Positions 42,175 to 52,810 of a stretch of DNA of 64,000 bases are shown here, one piece after another (the stretch's first letter is position 1; every line of letters starts with the position of its first letter). A model generated the notes under the pieces. It did no database searches and was not told where the DNA came from. It worked only from the letters and a program-made list of their open reading frames with translations. Source of the DNA: Andalucia godoyi And28 (Eukaryota > Protista > Jakobida); contig VRVR01000023.1 of the NCBI GenBank assembly GCA_009859145.1, positions 1 to 64,000 on the forward strand. The letters run 5' to 3'. A program made the position numbers and the translations under genes.

Positions 42175-42783
42175 AAAACAAAAAAAAGGCATTCCGCCCT
42201 TTTACCGCTTCCCCGCTTCCGAATAGAGAATGAACGACAGAGAAACCTGTACAGAATGGACAACACACCAGAGTTTCGCAGATGAAAATGTAACAATTAA
42301 TTAATTTTTAAAAAAAAAACTTTTTCTTACAGCAATGTCCTGCTCTCTTCCTCTCTCAACCGCAACCTGCGCGAGCAGAAGCAGTCCAAGGGGGGAGGAG
42401 GCCCGCGCCGCCGTACAGGCAGAGCATTCAGCAGATTTCTGTAAGCAAGTGACACGCTGGCCACAGCAAAAGGAAAGACATTTGCGAGCAGCGGGGAAAC
42501 CTGAGCAGTACTGGTTTGCTGCCCCGTCCCAGCGCATCGGCATACATTTCATGGAACGTGCGCGCAGAGCCGCTGAAAACGAATTCGGTTTGTCTCGGCT
42601 GAATGCGCGACTCAGCATGGCTTCCGTGCTGGGCGATCGGCCTGTCGTGGAACTGGAGGCAATCAGACAAGGCGGCTCTTCTGGGAGGTTTTGGACATGC
42701 CTCTGCAGTTGCCACCTGCCAGTTTCTCAATTTTCCAAATCAGTCGTGAAAGATCAGTGTCGAGTTCAATCCCCTCTCCCTCT

Positions 42784-42788
<5 letters not shown>

Positions 42789-42877
<89 letters not shown>
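42789..42877. repeat. (CT)n microsatellite upstream of or within ABCG
   Basis: About 44 CT units read directly. Confidence 0.95.
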
Positions 42878-42882
<5 letters not shown>

Positions 42883-42919
42883 CCCGGTGTACCACACAAA
42901 CGACAATCCAGGAAAAAAA

Positions 42920-45703
42920 ATGTCTCCGAGGCAATACGCTGCGAGCATCGCTGCGAGTTCACAGCCATTTGAAACATTGTTGACGTTTGATCTTCCCATT
43001 CCTGAGCCAGCCGCAACTGTCACTTCTGCCTCTGGTTCTGGTTCTGTTTCGGACTACTCTCGTTCAGAATCACTCCCAATGTCCCGCTTGGACAACGCGG
43101 AGAATTCGTCTCCGAATGCTGTAAACTCTCCTTCGCCGCCGGTCTTTGATTTGGGTGGTGCGGAAACAATCTGGATCCCCTTCGACGGACCATCGTGCAC
43201 AGATTCTTCGACCCCGGAGCCCGAGTCCTCCTCCGTAGACCGCACTGGCACACCCGCGTCCTCCTTGGACTCGCAGTCCCGAGGTGGTAGCTTCTCCGGC
43301 GACGGATCCTCAAGCAACAGTGCAAATGGCAAAGGAGTGCTCCCCCCGCGGTTGCTGACTCGCGGTTCCCGGACGCTTAGTATCTCGACAGAGCGGGACC
43401 CTGAACGACCACAAATCGTGTTTCCTTTGCGCCAAAGCGCCACGGAGGTCGAATCGAATGTCCGAACACGGTTTCTTGTGGGCTCTGCGAGTGCAGGGGT
43501 TTCGGCGGACCAGGTGAATCCGTCACTTAGAATGCGCAAGGAAAAGAGCTTCCTGCTCAGCACAAAGAACGAGCCAATGAGTCCGCTGTCTCTGTGGCTG
43601 CAGCAACACGTCCCAACGGGGTTTTCGCTTCCTGGCCACGAAGGAATGTCCCTGAAGTTCGATAAGCTGGTTTGCAAGGTCCGAAAGCACCAGCGACGAT
43701 CCAAGGACTCGACTGCAATCGAAACCAACAATCCAGCGCCCGCATCCCTCAGTGGAGACGGCACACAAAAGACTGTACACGGTGGCGACGATTTCAAAGT
43801 ACTGCTGGATGGTGTTTCTGCGGATTTTGAAAAGGGATCGCTCACCGCGATTATGGGACCTTCGGGTAGCGGCAAGACCACTCTGTTGAATTGCATCTCA
43901 GGACGGCTGATATCGGACAATCAAAACGTCTTCCTGGAGGGCACTATCTCGCTGAATAACCATCCCGTTGACAAATCTTCCCGGCGATTGACCGGGTACG
44001 TCAAGCAACAAGACCTCATCTTTCCCAACATGACGGTCAAAGAAGCGCTGAAATTTGCAGCGGAGATGCGAATTCCTGAAGAAGTTCCAAGCAGCTTGAA
44101 ATTGCAGCGTGTGGACCGACTGCTCCGTGATCTTGGGCTGGAAAAGGTGAAGGACACCATTGCGGATGGCAAGAAAAACGAGCGCATTTCCGGTGGGGAA
44201 ATGAAGCGCCTTTCCTGTGCTCTGGAGCTCGTTGCATCCCCGGAAGTCTTGTTCTTGGATGAACCAACGTCGGGTCTGGATGCTGCTGCATCCTACAACT
44301 TGGTCCGAACTCTTGCCAAACTGGCAAAGAAGAATGGACAAACCGTCGTGACGACCATCCACCAGCCTTCAGCGCAGATATTCGACCATTTCGACACGTT
44401 GATGCTGCTCTCAGAAGGAAAAGTTGTTTATTATGGACCTGCCCGTTACGCGGTCAAGTATTTTGAACAGTCATTTGGCCTGCAGTGCCCCGTGTATTCC
44501 AATCCTGCAGATTTCTTGATTGACATTTGTTGCGTCGAGCGCACCATTTCCTCGGAGGTGCTAAAGAGAAGGTTCGGCACCTCGAGAGATGGCCCACTTG
44601 TTACGCAGGCGTGGTTGTCAGGTGCCTGGTCCGACTACTGCAACCACCAGTACACGTTGGCCACGCGGTCCCCGTCGAATCCTCACGAACAAGCACAATC
44701 AACATTCTCATCTGCTCGCGAGGGAAAGCTGACCCAGAGACAACACACAGAACCGAGTTCTGATCTTGAGCAGCAGCAAACCTACCATGTGCAAGGCGCC
44801 GATGAAACCGAAAAGGGCGATGATAAGCTTTGGTCGCGGTCCAAATATGCGTCGGGACTGGGACATCAGATTTCTCTTCTTACCTGGAGAGCGTTTCTGG
44901 GCTTCTTGCGTAATCCTCAGTACTTCAAAGCCCGGCTCCTGCAGAAGGTCATTATCGGACTCATAATCAGTCTTGTGTATTTCCAGCTGGATCATTCGCA
45001 AGCAGGCATTGACTCTCGTCGTGGATTGATGTTCTTTGTGACGGTGCAAACGGGAGTCGGAGCGATCATCACTACACTACATGCATTCCAGAAAGAGCGC
45101 GCTGTGGTGGACCATGAAAGAGGTGCAAAGTGGTACTCTGTGATGCCATACTTCATCGCAAAGTCAGTCGTGGAGCTGCCCTTGCAGCTGCTGGAACCAG
45201 TTCTGTTCTCGGTCATTGTGTACTGGATGACTGGACTGAATCCGCTCCCGGACCGCTTCTTGATATTTGTTGGCATGATGGCTCTGCTGACGTTCCTTGG
45301 TAACTCCATGGGATTGCTGATTGCAGCCTCCACTTCCGGATTCGAAACGGCCGCCATCATTTCGAGAATTACGATGATCTTCTTCATGCTGTTTTCCGGC
45401 TTCCTCGTCAGCGACTCCAGTATTCCCATCTGGCTGCGGTGGATTAAGCCGTGCCTATATTTGACGTATGCGTACAAGATTTCGCTGGTGAATGAACTTG
45501 CTGGAGAAACCTTTTATTGCACGTCCAGTGAAACGGTTCGTGGAATATGCCCATACCAGACGGGAGACGAGGTACTCAAAGTCCTGGGCTTGGATGACAT
45601 TAACATCCCGCAGCAGTTCATCATCATGGTTGCTTTTGCAGTTGGCCTGCGATTCCTTCTCTATCTGTCTCTTCGCTTCTACAAGGGATCACAAAGAGTG
45701 TAG
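42920..45703 (+). CDS. ABCG (White-like) half transporter; possible start as far upstream as 42335
   Basis: NBD-TMD order; [58 protein letters not shown]. Confidence 0.92.
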
Positions 45704-45986
45704 TGTTGTGTGCAAGAACGAGGCGGCTGTGAATGCGCCAAAGGAGCGGGAAATACGTGCCAAAGCGCGAAAGACCAGGGAATACAGCCCATGAAGGGCT
45801 TTGGAGAAGGGGAGAAGGGGAAAAAATAATAATATTTTAACCAATTTTATTTTTTTTTCAAAATGAAAAGGCACAACTATAGAGAGATAGGCAGATATAG
45901 ATAGGCAAGGGAAAAGGACATGTGCAACGAAACCGCATAAAGAAAAGAAGGGAAAACAGGGAGTACGAACAGCGTTCAAATTGTTT

Positions 45987-48900
45987 TCAAGACGTCTTCA
46001 TGTGTGATCGGTTCTTGAGCGCCCATGGAACGAACATCTTGCACTTTTCGCGTTCAAGGTTCTTGATGTATTTGCTCTTCGATAGATAGGACATGATCGT
46101 GTTGCACTTCCGACCAGAGTGAGAAATGGCAGATTCATCGGCTTGTGACTCCAGGATGATCATTAGGCCCTTTTCCACCACGAATGATGTGACGAAACAG
46201 GCAACAACAAGGATCAGCATGTAGTACCGGAACGACAAGGGCACACCTTCCCGACCGTCCAAACATTCGACAGTAGTGCAAACAACCAGATCAAGCGAAC
46301 TCTGGATGCCAGAGTCCGCAGACAGCAGGATGTACAGATCCAAGCTGAGGAGGAAGATGTAGAATGCCACCAACCCAACATTTCGCAGAAGCGGCTTCCG
46401 GAAAGGCTTGGAGATGTTGAAAACAAACCCCAGAATCAAGTATTGGAAGATCGAGAACATGAACATCACAGTGTTTGCCACGCTATCAATATCATTCAGA
46501 CTTTCGCTCTTACGTGCAGTGTTGAAGCTCTTCGAGGTTGCCCACACAATAACAGAAACGAGGAAGATAATGTGAACCAAAGACTGTGCCGCAAAGGACA
46601 CGACAACCTGCAAACTGAACAGTGATCCAGGCGGGCGAAGTCGCGAAATCTTTGGGTATGCTGCCGTGAGCGGACTCAGAAATGCAAGCGGAAGAACATG
46701 GAACAGCGTGATCCAAGCGGTTTGCGTTTCTGACAAGCCCGAAATACCATACTTGAACATAAACACTGTGGAGACAAACATGAGAATGGAGGAGACGACC
46801 ATAAATTTGAATGTCTGAACCATGTTCGCGATAGCACCACGTCCTTCGCGAATGAGCCGCACAATGGAACCAATGGCGGAAACCTTTCCATTATCGACTG
46901 TGCTTGAATGGAAGGACGCGCAAATCGTGGACGTAGGATTCTCAGAAAGCGCAAGCGACGCAGTCGTTGCGGAAAAGGCAAGCACGTCGTTGGACCCATC
47001 TCCAACGTAGCCCACATAAAATTGAAGCTCTGTCTCGAAAAACTGCACCAGAAGCGCCTTTTGCTCCGGGGAAATTTGTGCATAGACACGGCATCTACAA
47101 AGGAGAGCTGCAAGCAAAAACCGCTGGGATTGGTCCCGAACCCCCAGCAAGAATTCCAGAACATCTCCCGTCAGGACGAGCTCTTTGAATTGGCCTCTTT
47201 CACCCAGAGCAGAACTCGTTGAAACACTAGATCCGTACATGCCTCCTGGCCCTCCGTCTTCTAGTTCAATCCACTCTATGTAAGCGTCGCTTCCGCCTTG
47301 CGAAACAACTTTCCCTAGGAGAATGGGGGCCGTAGAATCAATGATGCGACATTTTCGAGCCACCGCAATGCACGTCGACGTGACATCTCCGGACACCAGA
47401 TATGTCCGGATGGCGCTCCGCGACAAGTGCTCCACAACCTGCGCGGAATCCGGTCGGACCGAATTCTCCAGAACTGCAATGCCCACAAGCTTCAGATCGG
47501 CGAAAAGCGAAGGATCCGCCTCCGCAGAAATAGGGGAGTGCGCCTCAAGTTTCTTCATCGCATAGGCAACTAGTCGATACCCCTGGAGCCCCAAGGAATG
47601 CAGCGCCGATTCAAAGTCTGCGGGCGTGCCTTCCGGAGACAAATGCGGCAAGATCTTTGACGCCTCTGCCTTCAAAACCACCCATCGTTCTACAATCGAA
47701 CGCTTGTCTGCTCCGGAGGAAGAGCCTTCGCCAGCGGTAGACGCCGTTTCCTTCTCGGCTTTGGGAGCAGCAGTATTGGATGTCTTAACCTCGACAACCG
47801 TACCGGTCAATCGGTCCGCAATGGAAAACACAACGGAGGTTAGTTTTCGCAAAAAATAGCGGCGCTGTGGATCAAACCACGATGGAGAACGAAAGATCAG
47901 GCTGTTGGTATCTTGGAAACATTCAAACTGCGTGCAAGTGAAACACTCGCGCTCCAACGGATCACCCATAACATTCGCGGTCCTTGGGAACACAAGAGAC
48001 TGGCACGCCGCCATACAAATGAGAGACTCGCGAGAAAACAGCTGCGATTGGCTTTGCGATGGTAGCAACTCGCAGTGCTGCACTTGCTCCGCAGTGGATG
48101 TCATTCTCGGATACGCCGGTGACGAAAACAGGTTGGATGGCTTGAACTCCTTGAGGGAAAAATCATGCGATGTCAGCGTCCCGGTTTTGTCAATCATCAC
48201 GCAATCGACGCGACCGAAAGACACCACAGAGTCGGTGTTCATTGAATAAATCTGCTTCTTCTTCAAACGCACGGCCGCAAATATCACGGCCATCGTGAAC
48301 GACACAAGATACACGGGCTGCAACGCCACGGCATTCGTGTCCAGCGCCAATAAAACGATTTCGTATGTAGACAGATTGCTGAGGAAAACGTGTAGCGAGG
48401 CAAATGCACCTATTGTGGAAATCGCAAAAACTCCAATCATGATGATCGCCCACAAAAACGCTTCGTGTTCGTACGGCGATCCCACGACACGCTTATACAA
48501 GCTCTTGCGGATCATTTCGCCGCGCAGCGTATAGAATCCTGTGTTCAGCACGATTGCTCGGGCAGGCACGAGCTGCCCATTTTCTGTTGCATCGTTCTGA
48601 ATCGCTGCAATGTGTGTGCCCGAGTACAGCAGATGCTCTGCAGGGATTCCTTCTCCACGCAATCCGCGAAGAGCGGTCTTCTGCAGCAAGGATGGATCTC
48701 CAGTTAACGAGGACTCGTCTGCGCTCACAGAGCCTTGGAGCAATGCTGCGTCGCACGGAACCCGCATTCTCATGTTCAGTTCGATGATGTCGCCTGGAAC
48801 CAGTGAACTCGAGCCAGTAATAAAGCTCTGGCCCTGTCGGACCACGTGAATCTCTGTGTTGCTGACGACCATTTTCTTGAGTCTCTTCAAATACTTGTAA

Positions 48901-49751
48901 GCGTGTCGGAACCGAATGTACAGAAACACCAGGACGCAGAACAGCGCTTCAAACGCATACGGATAGTATCCAGGACTCAAAAACCAAATAGCTGCAGCAA
49001 CGAATTGGAATGCATAGAATGGATGAGACAACTCCGTCAAGAAGATTGTCTTTGCGCTCAACCGCGGATCCTTGATGTTCAACGCGTTCGCGCCATAAAC
49101 AAGCAGCCTGTCCAAATGCTCCTTGGCAGAGAGCCCCTTTCGGACATTGGACGTACTGATCAGCTCAATGAAATCTGCCCGGGGAATGACGTATCTCCCG
49201 GTAGTCCAGTCAAACACAATGCGAATTCCTTGAAACCGGATGAACCTGACTAGCTGCAACGACCCGGTCGCCGCCACCGACTCGGCGGCAGACAGCCCAC
49301 CTGCAGTCTCATCCACCAACGGCAGTTGCTGCTCTGCGTCCGAAACCACAATCGGCGTCGCCCGATGATACGGCCCCTTGGCACCCGCAGACGGCTCAGA
49401 CCCAGACCTAGACGAGGGTTCATTGAAAGGTTTGCGGACCGCTGTAGCCGAGCAGAACAAGTGCGCAAACTGCAGCGAAGGAACATGGTTGGGCACTTCC
49501 AATATCTGAACGGGACACAGCCCGTCTTGTACAGTCGACGCAGAGCTGAAGGACATGGCAGACTGCTCGTCCGGGATGTCCTCGGAGGACACGAGCACCA
49601 GCGTGGCGTCCGGCAGCGCGACTCGTCTTAACAGAAGCTTTGCGTACAACCGCGGGCGCGATGACGCCGCAATCGGAAGAACTCCGAGTGTCAAGACCGA
49701 CAGTACATAGAAGAACACCCGTTTGATAGGCGACGGGACGTACCCTATCAT
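45987..49751 (-). CDS. P5-type (ATP13A-like) P-type ATPase, divergent
   Basis: LVPGDII, VPCDA, DESSLTG, DKTGTLT, MGDPLE, QISPEQK, VGDGSND; 5' end uncertain (acceptor-like CTTACAG near 49806). Confidence 0.85.
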   Translation of the reverse strand: MIGYVPSPIKRVFFYVLSVLTLGVLPIAASSRPRLYAKLLLRRVALPDATLVLVSSEDIPDEQSAMSFSSASTVQDGLCPVQILEVPNHVPSLQFAHLFCSATAVRKPFNEPSSRSGSEPSAGAKGPYHRATPIVVSDAEQQLPLVDETAGGLSAAESVAATGSLQLVRFIRFQGIRIVFDWTTGRYVIPRADFIELISTSNVRKGLSAKEHLDRLLVYGANALNIKDPRLSAKTIFLTELSHPFYAFQFVAAAIWFLSPGYYPYAFEALFCVLVFLYIRFRHAYKYLKRLKKMVVSNTEIHVVRQGQSFITGSSSLVPGDIIELNMRMRVPCDAALLQGSVSADESSLTGDPSLLQKTALRGLRGEGIPAEHLLYSGTHIAAIQNDATENGQLVPARAIVLNTGFYTLRGEMIRKSLYKRVVGSPYEHEAFLWAIIMIGVFAISTIGAFASLHVFLSNLSTYEIVLLALDTNAVALQPVYLVSFTMAVIFAAVRLKKKQIYSMNTDSVVSFGRVDCVMIDKTGTLTSHDFSLKEFKPSNLFSSPAYPRMTSTAEQVQHCELLPSQSQSQLFSRESLICMAACQSLVFPRTANVMGDPLERECFTCTQFECFQDTNSLIFRSPSWFDPQRRYFLRKLTSVVFSIADRLTGTVVEVKTSNTAAPKAEKETASTAGEGSSSGADKRSIVERWVVLKAEASKILPHLSPEGTPADFESALHSLGLQGYRLVAYAMKKLEAHSPISAEADPSLFADLKLVGIAVLENSVRPDSAQVVEHLSRSAIRTYLVSGDVTSTCIAVARKCRIIDSTAPILLGKVVSQGGSDAYIEWIELEDGGPGGMYGSSVSTSSALGERGQFKELVLTGDVLEFLLGVRDQSQRFLLAALLCRCRVYAQISPEQKALLVQFFETELQFYVGYVGDGSNDVLAFSATTASLALSENPTSTICASFHSSTVDNGKVSAIGSIVRLIREGRGAIANMVQTFKFMVVSSILMFVSTVFMFKYGISGLSETQTAWITLFHVLPLAFLSPLTAAYPKISRLRPPGSLFSLQVVVSFAAQSLVHIIFLVSVIVWATSKSFNTARKSESLNDIDSVANTVMFMFSIFQYLILGFVFNISKPFRKPLLRNVGLVAFYIFLLSLDLYILLSADSGIQSSLDLVVCTTVECLDGREGVPLSFRYYMLILVVACFVTSFVVEKGLMIILESQADESAISHSGRKCNTIMSYLSKSKYIKNLEREKCKMFVPWALKNRSHMKTS

Positions 49752-50240
49752 GATCGACAGTCCGACGATACTCGCACAAAACAGCCGAGCTGGAATAGAA
49801 CAAGTCTGTAAGCGAACAAACAAAATTAAGTAATCAGCTAATTTCTTCTTCTTCTCCTTCTTCTTTGGTCTTTGCAAATAAATAAAAGAAGAAACCGAAA
49901 AGGCTGAGAAACTGATCGAAAAGACAGGTGCGGAATCTGGTCATCTGAAGAGCCGAAACAGGACTCAATGCAGGCACGGACTACAGTCGGAAGACTACAG
50001 CTGGCTGCTCGACAGATGATGTCATGTCTTTGGACAGCTGGACTTTGTTTTTTCTTTATTTTTATGTTACCGATTCCTGTGGGGGGAAGAGACTCCGGCT
50101 AGGGGGGCGGGGGAAACAAGCAGAATGAGAAAACACGTCTGGGACCACGGGAAAAAACAAAAAAAGGACAACGAAAATGCTGCAATCTTGGCACGCTCGC
50201 TGTTCCCAAAAGAGTCACAACAATAGCAAAAGAGAAGTTG

Positions 50241-51977
50241 CTACTCGACAGCCGCCTTCCGTCTTGCGAGGATCAACTTGAATTCATCTTCTGGAGCTAG
50301 TGCGGTACGTGACTGCAACGACTGCGCAGAAGCGGGTTTTGCAACCAGCGCACCAAAACCCTGGCTATGGTTCTGACTCTGGTTCTGACTCTGGTTCGGT
50401 GCCTTGGCTCCAAACGTTGCGAGTGACGCAGAAGGAACAGCAGTTTGTGCAGGCTTGCTCCAAACAACAGGCTTCGGATTTCCATTCGATCCACCCGGGC
50501 CGCTGGACGCTGTCGAGGAGGCCACAGCCTTCTTGTCTGCTGCAAGGAAGGGGTTCGATTTCAAAGCAGGATTGGAATCGGATGCCGGCTCGACTGCAGC
50601 TTTCACCCCCGCCGCCACTGCCTGGGGCTGTTTCAAAACACTGGAATTGCTGCTGGCAACACTCCCGTTCGTGCTGCCGTACTTGGATACGTTGGTGGAG
50701 TTGTTCAAGCTCACGACGGGCTTGTTCGTGCTTGCAGGCTGCGAATACGCTGCTGCATGCTGCTCGGAAAGCTTCACAGCGCTAAACGACACTGCGGCGG
50801 CCGCAATGCTGGAAGACTGCGTGGCAACCACTGATGAATGCACATCAGCAGGCTTTTGTAGTTGCCAGTTATTTTGTACCTGGGACTTTGGCGTGGCTTG
50901 TACTGGTGGTGGCGGTGGCGGCGGCGGCGGCGGAGTGGGTGAAGTAGTAAATGGTTGTGGGGTTCTTTGCATGGAAGGCGTCAGAAAAGAAGAGGCAGTT
51001 GATGATGAAGACGAAGCCGATGATGAAGATGATGAAGCAGCCAGAGGGATCTTCAGAGTGGAAAGAAGAGGTGGTGGTGGAGGTGGGGGAGGAACCAGTC
51101 CAGACCTTGACGACAGTTGCGGCACGGGCGGTATTAGCGACAATGACGCTGGAGGTGGTGGTGGTGGTGGTGGTGGTGGTGGTGGTGGCGGCGGCGGCGG
51201 CGGCGAAGCATAATTCGGCGTCGATGCAGCAGGAGCTGATCTAGAAGTGAAGCTCGGCGCAGTGGCAACGGGCTTTTTCACCGGCAATGTATCCGACGCC
51301 TTTGCTGAACCTTGCGAGGCCGGCTGTCTTCGCTCAGTGCTCTGGAGGCTCGACGGGGCTGCATTCTGGGGTGCAGCTGGTTGGTCGGGTTTCTTCTCGG
51401 GTTTCTTTTCTGATTTTGGCGGCTGTTTGAACCTCGATTTGACTGCAATTTCGGGCTCTGCATGTGCGCAACTTGTCCCCTCCGCGCTGTTTGACCGAAG
51501 CCTTGGTGGCGGAGCAGGCGCATTCATTCGGAGCAACGGCTCTGACGACACCGGCGCAACCAGTTTCTTCAAGTACCCAGTTTTGCAGTTGTACTTTGCC
51601 CACATATCCAAAAACTGAATCCAATGATCCATCTTTCCAAGCGACTCCGCCATCAGCAGCATCGTGCAGTCATAAAACGTGACTTCAAACGCAAAACACC
51701 GAAAATCATGAGGTCCGCCATCGTAGTCGAGAACCCGGCGCACGCTCTCTACCCAGTCCAGCCGCAACACCGCCTTGTGCACGGCCTTTGTCTCGTCCTC
51801 GAAGTACAAGAGCGCACTGTACGGGCTCATCTCATCCGGCTCTTTGGAAAACGCAGCCTTTGCATCAACCGGAACATCATTTGTGTCGAAATACCGACGA
51901 TTCCAGTTCCGACGCTCATGGCCTTTCTTCCACAGGTAGCCATTCATCATAAAGTACGGCGCAGGGGTGCTCGCCAT
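50241..51977 (-). CDS. PH domain + polyproline protein, paralogue of 29520-30911
   Basis: GYLWKKGHERRNWNRRYF...YFEDE...GGPHDFRCFAF; multiple PPPPP runs; ends EDEFKLILARRKAAVE. Confidence 0.8.
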   Translation of the reverse strand: MASTPAPYFMMNGYLWKKGHERRNWNRRYFDTNDVPVDAKAAFSKEPDEMSPYSALLYFEDETKAVHKAVLRLDWVESVRRVLDYDGGPHDFRCFAFEVTFYDCTMLLMAESLGKMDHWIQFLDMWAKYNCKTGYLKKLVAPVSSEPLLRMNAPAPPPRLRSNSAEGTSCAHAEPEIAVKSRFKQPPKSEKKPEKKPDQPAAPQNAAPSSLQSTERRQPASQGSAKASDTLPVKKPVATAPSFTSRSAPAASTPNYASPPPPPPPPPPPPPPPPPPASLSLIPPVPQLSSRSGLVPPPPPPPPLLSTLKIPLAASSSSSSASSSSSTASSFLTPSMQRTPQPFTTSPTPPPPPPPPPPVQATPKSQVQNNWQLQKPADVHSSVVATQSSSIAAAAVSFSAVKLSEQHAAAYSQPASTNKPVVSLNNSTNVSKYGSTNGSVASSNSSVLKQPQAVAAGVKAAVEPASDSNPALKSNPFLAADKKAVASSTASSGPGGSNGNPKPVVWSKPAQTAVPSASLATFGAKAPNQSQNQSQNHSQGFGALVAKPASAQSLQSRTALAPEDEFKLILARRKAAVE

Positions 51978-52810
51978 CTTGTCGATCTTCTCAGTACTAG
52001 CTGCAGCAGGACAAGGAGGAAAATGCAGCGGGAGCAAACGAATATATATATGGATGTCTAAAAAGATTCTGCGCTTAATGCTCGGTTGCTGGTTTTATGG
52101 TTTTATGGATGCGACTGATGAGATGTCGGGGACGGGGCCCCCCCGATGTCGTTGATTGGGACAAAATTGGAACTTGAATAGCCTTAATCGGCTACGACCT
52201 GCAGAGTCGAGCGTTGTAGACTCCGTCGGAAGCTTTTTCCGAAAAAGGAGTCCAAGCGGAGATTTTCAGACAGTCGGCATTACGGAAACCCACCCCCCGG
52301 ACCTGGGGATACACTGCATCAGTACTAATTGGTTCTAATCGGTAGAAACTGCAGTGTTGCATGAAATCATCGATCGTGCGGAAAATCAATCGTCTAGGAG
52401 ACAGCCGAGCAGGCCCCCGCACACAGGTGCATGCAACATCATGGTTCGCGCATAATGCTCGCGAAAGCTGGGCGCTCTTGTAGAGTCGTTGGCAAGAAGA
52501 CGCGGATGCACTGTCTGCAGCTTTTTGGCAAATCCGAGTTGCGGACGACGACGAGAATCAAATCAAAACGAAATAAGAGCAAATAAAACACGAAATCGTG
52601 GAAGAGAGGGGGATTTTGGTTTCCTGAACCCGGATGGGTTGGGAAACCCTGCGTCAGGATTCCGAGCATTTTTTTAAATTATTTTTAATTATTATTTTTT
52701 TTGTCAAAGACGATGATGAAAACGAAATAGAACAGGATAACAAAGCAGTTCAAGAGTCGACCACGGTTGATGTGTTGGTCTGGCTTCTGAGCTGTGGGTT
52801 GCGAGGGATC

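Noticed and set aside
42196-42206. CCCTTTTACC resembling U5 loop I
   Set aside because: Imperfect match in a 3' UTR with no flanking stem or Sm site
49938-49962. CTGAAGAGCCGAAAC hammerhead-like core
   Set aside because: Stem II is absent and no stem I or III with a correctly placed NUH cleavage site can be drawn
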